The notes under the pieces: model-generated
Seen by the model: the letters and a program-made list of their open reading frames with translations, nothing else
The model's database searches: none
What the model was told of the DNA's origin: nothing
Origin: Candidatus Omnitrophota bacterium
Lineage (GTDB): Bacteria; Omnitrophota; Omnitrophia; Omnitrophales; JACROU01
Assembly: GCA_016214265.1 (NCBI GenBank)
Contig: JACROU010000049.1
Span: forward strand, 9,589 to 73,588
Direction of reading: 5' to 3'
DNA length: 64,000 nt
Shown: positions 57,777 to 64,000 of the stretch, in pieces
Numbering within the stretch: the first letter of the stretch is position 1
Layout of the letters: the number at the start of each line of letters is the position of its first letter
Program-made: the position numbers and the translations under genes

Positions 57777-58789
57777 GAAGCTATCCCCGTCTTCTTACGA
57801 TCGCTAATCAGGAGCTCAAGCATAAGTAGAATTAAAGCCGGAAATAGGAAAATCTGATAGTGCTCTTCCTTTTCAATAACATCCTGGGCTTTAAATGTCT
57901 TCTTGCCCAGCCCCTGTATATGAGTGTAAATCAAATCCATCTCTTTTTCACTGGGGGTGGACGGAAAATATAGGCCGCCTGTTTCCCGGGCGATTTTCTC
58001 AAGAAGTTCGTCATCCAGCTTGCTGATAACCACTTTCCCAAGGCGGTCCTTCTTGAATCCGCTTACTTGTCCTCCCCTGCCTGAGGTTAAGGGGATTGGG
58101 GCGCCCTGTTTTGTGCCAAAACCAATACAATAGATGCGTACTTTGGCGGCTTTAGCCTTTTGTATGACCTCAGTGGCCTGACTGGTAGTCTCTTCACCAT
58201 CCGAGAAAATCATCATTACTTTATATTTGTTATCTCCCTTCGGAAAGGCCCCGAGGCCCGTTCGAATAGCATCTGTGAGCGATGAGCCGGGATCCGGGAC
58301 ATAGCCAACTTTGATTGCGTCCAGGAAGAGAAGAAATGCCCCGTAATCGATCGTTAGTGGAGCCTGCAAAAAAGCAGATCCCGAGAAAGCAACCAAAGCG
58401 ATGCGGTCGCCTTTCAATTTTTTGAGAACATTGCGAATTTCAATTTTGGCTTTATCGAACCTGCTGGGTTTCGTGTCCTGAGTGAGCATGCTGAGCGAGG
58501 TGTCAAAAAGGAAAACGATGTCTACACCCTTTCGCTGTACTTGCCTTTTTTCTTCTCCCCATTGCGGACGCGCTAACGCCAATACACACAGTAGAACCGC
58601 CATTATAATCAACGCGGCTTTAAACGCCGGACGCTTTGAGGACGAAAATGGCGCAAGTTTTGGAATCATTTCAAGATCTGCGAATTTGCCAAGTGATCGG
58701 GATTTGATCCAGTGACGGAACCCGAAAATAAGCGCCGCGATAGGAATCAAGACTAGAAAAACAAAAGCAGATGGATTAAAAAATTGCAT
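57773..58789 (-). CDS. VWA-domain protein BatB-like
   Basis: N-terminal BatA-type TM (ALARPQWG), MIDAS DTSLSM..D.KPSR, PLT.DY, SDGEE, GAPIP, C-terminal TM. Confidence 0.85.
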   Translation of the reverse strand: MQFFNPSAFVFLVLIPIAALIFGFRHWIKSRSLGKFADLEMIPKLAPFSSSKRPAFKAALIIMAVLLCVLALARPQWGEEKRQVQRKGVDIVFLFDTSLSMLTQDTKPSRFDKAKIEIRNVLKKLKGDRIALVAFSGSAFLQAPLTIDYGAFLLFLDAIKVGYVPDPGSSLTDAIRTGLGAFPKGDNKYKVMMIFSDGEETTSQATEVIQKAKAAKVRIYCIGFGTKQGAPIPLTSGRGGQVSGFKKDRLGKVVISKLDDELLEKIARETGGLYFPSTPSEKEMDLIYTHIQGLGKKTFKAQDVIEKEEHYQIFLFPALILLMLELLISDRKKTGIAS

Positions 58790-58801
58790 AGGGCCTCTTT
58801 A

Positions 58802-59782
58802 TCACGGTAATTTTATCAGCACAGTGGATCCGAGAATGATTTCTAAAAGTAAAATGAGCAAAGCCGGCCACAGGGCGTAATGAAACAGTTCGTTGTAGTT
58901 GGAATACTCTTTCACTTTAATTTCGCTCTTCTCAAGCTTGTCGATTTTTTTGTAAGCGTCTTGTAGCCCCTGAGTGTCGCGTGCGCGAAAGAATATTCCG
59001 TTGGTAATGTCCGCGATGCGTTTCAGCACTTTCTCATCAATGTCGACCTTAGCCTGAACATATCGGCGGCCAAACAGAGGATCATCAATTGGGAAAGGAA
59101 CCAGGCCTCCTTTTCCGATGCCAATGGTATAGATTTTGATGCCAAAACCTTGAGCCAATTCCGCGGCGGTAATCGGATCGATGTTGCCGGAATTGTTTTC
59201 TCCGTCAGTAATAAGAATGATGACTTTGCTTTTCGCGTCGCTCTCGCGCAGGCGATTGACCGCGTTGGCGATACCAAGTCCGATAGCCGTTCCGTCCTTG
59301 ATCATGCCAAGCTTGATGTCGTCTACGAGAGATGTCAGCACGTCATAGTCCAAAGTCATCGGGCATTGGGTATAACTCTGCCGCGCAAATACCACCAGGC
59401 CGATTCGGTCATGCTTTCTTCCCAGGATAAATCTCTTAGCTTCTTCCTTCGCCACGGTAATGCGGTTTTGCGGATGAAAGTCCTCAGCCTGCATGGAACC
59501 AGAGATATCCAACGCAATCACAATATCGATGCCCTTGGTCTCGACTTCCCGTTCACTCTCCGTGGATTGGGGTCTGGTCATAGCGAGAATAACAAGAACC
59601 AAAGCCAATATTCGAATGAGTGCCAGCAAACGCGTTGGATTTTGGGACTCGGTGATTTTGATTTTATTGATCACGGCGAGTGTGGGAAAGCGTAAGCTGG
59701 GCCTTCTCTTCTTAATCGCTGTAAAGAAGAGCCATGGCAGAATCAATAATGCCAAAAAGAAAATCGGTGATGCAAAATGCAT
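58802..59782 (-). CDS. VWA-domain protein BatA-like
   Basis: AMTRPQ, DISGSMQAEDF, DRIGLVVF, GTAIGLG, LITDGENNSG, IDKLEKS, C-terminal TM. Confidence 0.88.
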   Translation of the reverse strand: MHFASPIFFLALLILPWLFFTAIKKRRPSLRFPTLAVINKIKITESQNPTRLLALIRILALVLVILAMTRPQSTESEREVETKGIDIVIALDISGSMQAEDFHPQNRITVAKEEAKRFILGRKHDRIGLVVFARQSYTQCPMTLDYDVLTSLVDDIKLGMIKDGTAIGLGIANAVNRLRESDAKSKVIILITDGENNSGNIDPITAAELAQGFGIKIYTIGIGKGGLVPFPIDDPLFGRRYVQAKVDIDEKVLKRIADITNGIFFRARDTQGLQDAYKKIDKLEKSEIKVKEYSNYNELFHYALWPALLILLLEIILGSTVLIKLP

Positions 59783-60729
59783 TATTTGGATACCTCTTCT
59801 CGTGCTTCAATCGGTTTAGTCTTTTCCACAAGCTGGATCGCTAATTTTAAGTCTTTTTGAATTTCGCTGGGCGCCGGTGCGATGTTGGCAAATTTAACAA
59901 AGTCAGTCGCCTCAAAAAAGAGATCCGCGACCTGAATCTGATCAAGCGGCAAATCTCTTTTCTGAAATTCATAAATAATTTCGGAACTGGTATCTTCAAG
60001 AGCTTTAAATCCGTAGCGCTTTTGAAAATATTTTTTGATAACGTTCGACATGCGAAAATAATATTCCTGCACGTGCCCCTTTGCTAGCAGTCCGGAATCC
60101 TCGAGCCGGTGCAGTGCCTGAATAGCTTCTTCAGCCGGTTTGAGTGGTGGCGCGAAGAAGCGCAACAAAAGATCCCGGTGATTGAACCAAAGCCAGACAA
60201 AGAGAATCACCAGCAATCCCAGCAGAGTTCCGGCCGCAATCAAAATCATTTTAAAGAGCTGGGAAGGCAGATTCGTGATGGATTTGATATCCCGAATGTC
60301 ACGCTTTGGTGCCCGGGATTTATCGATGGATTCTACGGTGACATAAAGTTTGTTGGTTTTAATTTCTTTTTCTTTGCCGTCAACGTCTTTATACCGGATG
60401 GTGATGGGGTCGATAACGTATTCCCCAACCGAATATGAGGTGATAGTGAAAATTTTGCCCTCAACGATGTAGCCCTTTTCTTTTGTGGGGGTAATTTCCC
60501 GTGTTGATTTGATGTCGAAATCGCGAAGCTTGGTCACCGGGTTGGTGGTCAAAATATCCACGTCTGGGTCGTGGCGGATCTCAATTTTATAGTCGACTTT
60601 ATCCCCTACCGTCATGAAGGCCTTATTGACCGAGGCTTTGACGATAATGGAGGGTTTAGCCGCGTAAACCGCAGGAATAAGCAGCAGGGCAGCTATAACT
60701 AAAGCAAAGAAAAAGCGTAATGGTTTCAT
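59782..60729 (-). CDS. Bat-operon membrane protein (Ig-like N-domain, TM, DUF4381-like C-domain)
   Basis: Signal peptide, TVGD, DIRDIK before the TM, YY..MS..IKKY, TSSEI, DFVKFA. Confidence 0.7.
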   Translation of the reverse strand: MKPLRFFFALVIAALLLIPAVYAAKPSIIVKASVNKAFMTVGDKVDYKIEIRHDPDVDILTTNPVTKLRDFDIKSTREITPTKEKGYIVEGKIFTITSYSVGEYVIDPITIRYKDVDGKEKEIKTNKLYVTVESIDKSRAPKRDIRDIKSITNLPSQLFKMILIAAGTLLGLLVILFVWLWFNHRDLLLRFFAPPLKPAEEAIQALHRLEDSGLLAKGHVQEYYFRMSNVIKKYFQKRYGFKALEDTSSEIIYEFQKRDLPLDQIQVADLFFEATDFVKFANIAPAPSEIQKDLKLAIQLVEKTKPIEAREEVSK

Positions 60730-60731
60730 GC

Positions 60732-61619
60732 CTACCTAAACCGTTTTTCGCGAGCGCGGAAGAATTTAATAAGGGGTTCCACGTACGATTTCGTAATATT
60801 GATTTCAATTTTATCCAGGCCCACTTTTTTGAAAAGTTTGTCAATTTGCTCAAGATTTTGCGATGTTATTTTCTTGAAAATCTCCTGAAATTTTGAGCTG
60901 TTGGTGTGCGCCATGACCTCATCGCCGGTTTCAGCGTCTTCCAGAACGACGTAACCCATTTTCGGAATTTCCCGCTCGCGCGGATCAAACAAATGAATAC
61001 CGATGATGTCGTGTTCTTTCCCAAGAATTTTAAGCGGTTTTTCATATCCGCTATCGAGAAAATCGGAAATAAGAAAAATGACAGCCCGTCGGTTTAGGAC
61101 ATTGCTCAAATATTGAAGCACCATGCCCATATCTGTTTTCGTGCGTTCGGGTTTGTAAGTGAGAATCTCGCGCACGACTCGAAGGGCGTGTGACTTTCCT
61201 TTTTTGACGGGGATGTATTTTTCGATCCGGTCCGTAAAAAATGCCAGGCCCACTTTGTCGTTGTTGATGACAGCTGAGAAAGCCAGAAGAGCCGTAATTT
61301 CCGCAGCGACTTCATACTTCATTTTTTTGCCAGACCCGAAAAAATTGGAAAACGAGGCATCGACGACGAAAAGAACCGTGAGCTCGCGCTCTTCGACGTA
61401 TTTTTTGACGAACGGACGTTGACTTCGCGCCGTCACGTTCCAGTCGATGGTGCGGATATCGTCACCCGGGACGTACTCGCGAACGTCGGCGAATTCGATG
61501 CCTTGTCCTTTGAAGACAGACTCATACTCCCCGCCGAACAAATCGTTAACGAGCCGGTTTGTCCGGATTTCGATGAGTTTAACTTTGCTGAGTGTTTCTT
61601 TGGACAGCGTTGGGGTCAT
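60732..61619 (-). CDS. DUF58 domain protein
   Basis: GEYESVFKGQGIEFADVREYVPGDDIRTIDWNVTAR, EEREL, ISDF, DPRE. Confidence 0.92.
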   Translation of the reverse strand: MTPTLSKETLSKVKLIEIRTNRLVNDLFGGEYESVFKGQGIEFADVREYVPGDDIRTIDWNVTARSQRPFVKKYVEERELTVLFVVDASFSNFFGSGKKMKYEVAAEITALLAFSAVINNDKVGLAFFTDRIEKYIPVKKGKSHALRVVREILTYKPERTKTDMGMVLQYLSNVLNRRAVIFLISDFLDSGYEKPLKILGKEHDIIGIHLFDPREREIPKMGYVVLEDAETGDEVMAHTNSSKFQEIFKKITSQNLEQIDKLFKKVGLDKIEINITKSYVEPLIKFFRAREKRFR

Positions 61620-62611
61620 GGAACCTCAATTTGATCGAAAATCTTGGTAATGATGTCTTCTGAGGTCATTTCCTCTGCTTCTGCTTCGTACGTGACCAGA
61701 ACGCGGTGGCGAAGAACATCCATGCCGATTTGTTTGACGTCTTCCGGCGTGACATAGGCCCGTCCGCGCAGGAATGCATGTGCTTTTGCTGCGGTCGTGA
61801 GCATGATGCTGGCACGTGGAGAAGCACCGTAGGCAATCAGGCTCTTCAGATTTTCCAGTTTGTAAAGCGCCGGGGTCCTTGTGGCGAACACAAGATCCAG
61901 GATGTAATCCTTCACTTTCTCGTCCACATAAATTTGTTCGACGAGTTTACGCAGGCGCATGATGTCTTGCGGCGTCAGCACGGGATTGACCTTGGGTTCA
62001 TGGCCCGAAGTGACCAGCTCAAGAATTTCCTTTTCTTCTTTTTTGTTTGGGTACGTAATTTTCAGTTTCAACATGAAACGGTCGACTTGAGCTTCGGGAA
62101 GCGGATATGTTCCTTCCTGCTCGATCGGGTTTTGTGTTGCGAGCACCAGAAAAGGCTCTTCCAGTTTGAATGTGTTCTCGCCGATCGTGACCTGGCGTTC
62201 CTGCATGGCCTCGAGAAGTGCGCTCTGAACTTTGGAGGGGGCGCGATTAATTTCGTCTGCCAGAATGATGTTAGCGAACACGGGGCCCTTCTTCGTTGTG
62301 AAGTTTCCGTCTTTCGGGTTATACACAAGCGTTCCGATTAAATCGGCGGGCAACAAATCCGGCGTGAACTGAATGCGTTGGAATTTTGTTTGCACGGCCT
62401 CGGCCAGGGTTTTAACGGATTTTGTTTTCGCTAGTCCCGGAACGCCCTCGATGAGGATATGTCCGTTGCCCAAAATGCTGATCAAAAGCCGCTCGATCAG
62501 ATACTTCTGACCAACGATGACTTTGTGAATTTCGTTCGTGAGCTCCTGGATTTTGCTGTGCTCGGATTTTACTTTTTCTGTAAGATCTTTAATGGCTGTT
62601 GCTGTTTCCAT
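61616..62611 (-). CDS. moxR: MoxR family AAA+ ATPase
   Basis: EGVPGLAKT, RIQFTPDLLPAD, ADEINRAP.KVQSALLEAMQE, ATQNPIEQEGTYPLPEAQVDRF, GASPRA. Confidence 0.93.
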   Translation of the reverse strand: METATAIKDLTEKVKSEHSKIQELTNEIHKVIVGQKYLIERLLISILGNGHILIEGVPGLAKTKSVKTLAEAVQTKFQRIQFTPDLLPADLIGTLVYNPKDGNFTTKKGPVFANIILADEINRAPSKVQSALLEAMQERQVTIGENTFKLEEPFLVLATQNPIEQEGTYPLPEAQVDRFMLKLKITYPNKKEEKEILELVTSGHEPKVNPVLTPQDIMRLRKLVEQIYVDEKVKDYILDLVFATRTPALYKLENLKSLIAYGASPRASIMLTTAAKAHAFLRGRAYVTPEDVKQIGMDVLRHRVLVTYEAEAEEMTSEDIITKIFDQIEVP

Positions 62612-62626
62612 GAGTTTTCCTCTCCT

Positions 62627-63484
62627 TTAAACTGCCTTTTTCGATTCGATAAATTGTTCCACAAAACGTTTAATTTCTTTCACATCTGTATAATTTAAAG
62701 CGTCTGTTGAATATTTCAGTTCTGTCAACTGCTCAATAATTTTAGTTAAAAGTTTTTTATCGTCATCTGAAAAAGCGTTGTGTTTTTCTACGATGCCTAG
62801 ATCGGTTGATTCCAGGCCGTGCGCTTTTTTGAGATAGAGTGAGAATTCTCTGACTAGCCGGGCAATATATTCCTGATATTCATTCTTTTTTAGAAGCGGC
62901 TCCAGAGCAGCAAGTTTTTCGAGGATTTGCACATTTGGATCCAGAAGTTTCGCTTTTTCTTTTTTCGCCTTTCTGATCATGATGGCGAAAATGGTGATTG
63001 ATGCAATTAGACCCAGCAATCCTGCCCCAATTCCGATTGGAATCCACGGAATATTAAGCGGTTTTCGGTTGACGCGGAATGATCGTCCGGGAACCTCAAT
63101 CTGTTGTGTTGCAGTTCTTCCCTCCTGGATATATTCAATCGGAAATGCGTCAATCCCCACTTCCCCGCTTTTGGTGGGTACCAAGTCAAAAACGAAACTG
63201 CGAACCTGTTTTAATTTACCGCCTTCGCTGGGCATCGATTCCGTGGAAACTGCAGTGTTTTCGACCGCGAGGCCTTTCGTATCGATGTTCGGCGGAATGA
63301 GCTTGATACTGCTATCATCAGCGCCCCACCATTCGATACGTACCGTGTACGTGATAGCGGAATCTTCACGAGGAGGATTTTCAGAAAATTGCAGGTCCGT
63401 CTTGACCTCGAATTTCTGTGCCACATCCTGGGCGTAAAGCGGACTGGCTAGAAGAAGTATGAATAAGATAAGAACGCGTAACAT
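62627..63484 (-). CDS. Exported/membrane protein, BatD-like Ig domain + TM
   Basis: Signal peptide (PLYA-Q), FDLVPTKSGEVGI..F..IEY BatD-like strand, TM, helical C-terminus; first gene of the MoxR operon. Confidence 0.55.
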   Translation of the reverse strand: MLRVLILFILLLASPLYAQDVAQKFEVKTDLQFSENPPREDSAITYTVRIEWWGADDSSIKLIPPNIDTKGLAVENTAVSTESMPSEGGKLKQVRSFVFDLVPTKSGEVGIDAFPIEYIQEGRTATQQIEVPGRSFRVNRKPLNIPWIPIGIGAGLLGLIASITIFAIMIRKAKKEKAKLLDPNVQILEKLAALEPLLKKNEYQEYIARLVREFSLYLKKAHGLESTDLGIVEKHNAFSDDDKKLLTKIIEQLTELKYSTDALNYTDVKEIKRFVEQFIESKKAV

Positions 63485-63524
63485 AAGTTGACCATTTTGG
63501 CTTTACGGAGGGGGTAAATCAAGA

Positions 63525-63561
63525 GGAAAAAGAAGCTGAGGCGGGACTTGCCCGCCCCAGC
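63525..63561 (-). terminator. Rho-independent terminator
   Basis: Minus strand GCTGGGGCGGG-CAAGT-CCCGCCTCAGC-TTCTTTTTCC, 12 nt after the stop at 63574. Confidence 0.8.
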
Positions 63562-63573
63562 AATAAGTACCGA

Positions 63574-64000
63574 TTACGCCGCGACTTGGGTGGCTTTCGA
63601 GGCTGCCAGATCCGCGATAAGCTTCGTCCAGATATCAGAGCCTCCGGCCAGCTCCTCACCGGTGTGGATTTTGATATCCAGATCACGGAAGCCAAGTGTT
63701 AAGAGATACTTGGCTAGCAGTGTCGCAGTTAGATTAATTTCTTCAGCCTTTGCGGATTTTACCTTCGCCAAGGCAAGTCCCGCGCGATGGGTTTTAAGGC
63801 TGGCTATGACTTGCTTTTGCGCCACAAAACCCGTCGGGATTTTGGACTGAGCGATAAATTCGTTCAGACTCTTTCCGATATTTTGCGGAGCGGCTTGAAC
63901 GGTGACATGCCTCAGAGCACGTTTTAAACGGTTCACGGCTGCTTCATCTGCCGCAAGCCAAACGGTCAGCTTCAACTTCGGATCCAATTTGGCGAGCAGT
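63574..64000 (-). CDS. Hypothetical protein, C-terminal fragment (starts beyond the window)
   Basis: Frame open to the window edge (LLAKLDPKLK...DLAASKATQVAA*), followed by a strong terminator. Confidence 0.65.
   Translation of the reverse strand, partial: LLAKLDPKLKLTVWLAADEAAVNRLKRALRHVTVQAAPQNIGKSLNEFIAQSKIPTGFVAQKQVIASLKTHRAGLALAKVKSAKAEEINLTATLLAKYLLTLGFRDLDIKIHTGEELAGGSDIWTKLIADLAASKATQVAA

Overview
Gene-dense bacterial chromosomal window, about 68 CDS, with no rRNA, tRNA, CRISPR array, prophage or IS element recognised. Gene content and style suggest a PVC-superphylum bacterium, possibly Ca. Omnitrophota (inference only). In order it contains: a nucleotide-sugar/glycosyltransferase cluster (1-9.2 kb); the nusA-infB-rbfA-nrnA-truB-ribF-rpsO-pnp-dut-ftsK block with a rimP-type leader hairpin but no rimP; rimO-pgsA-pgpA-cinA-thpR-EndoIII-like genes; a type IVa pilus locus; RNase E/G; an RmuC-YjbQ-UDG-PolX-AcyP-CCA block; a YbaK-DUF6941-DUF4412-ACT-deformylase-PfkB-HEAT block; and a minus-strand MoxR/DUF58/Bat operon whose BatC has a very long Gln-rich insert. 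The pilus locus comprises a stand-alone MshEN protein, two tandem PilB ATPases, PilC, PilS, a frameshifted PilR, a sigma54-type promoter, pilin and PilMNOPQ. A 28-bp XerCD dif-like site at 54579-54606 lies exactly where gene orientation flips from + to -, so the window probably spans the replication terminus. The most promising candidate for an undescribed system is the pilus motor module: a free c-di-GMP-type MshEN protein paired with two PilB ATPases whose own MshEN motifs are degenerate.
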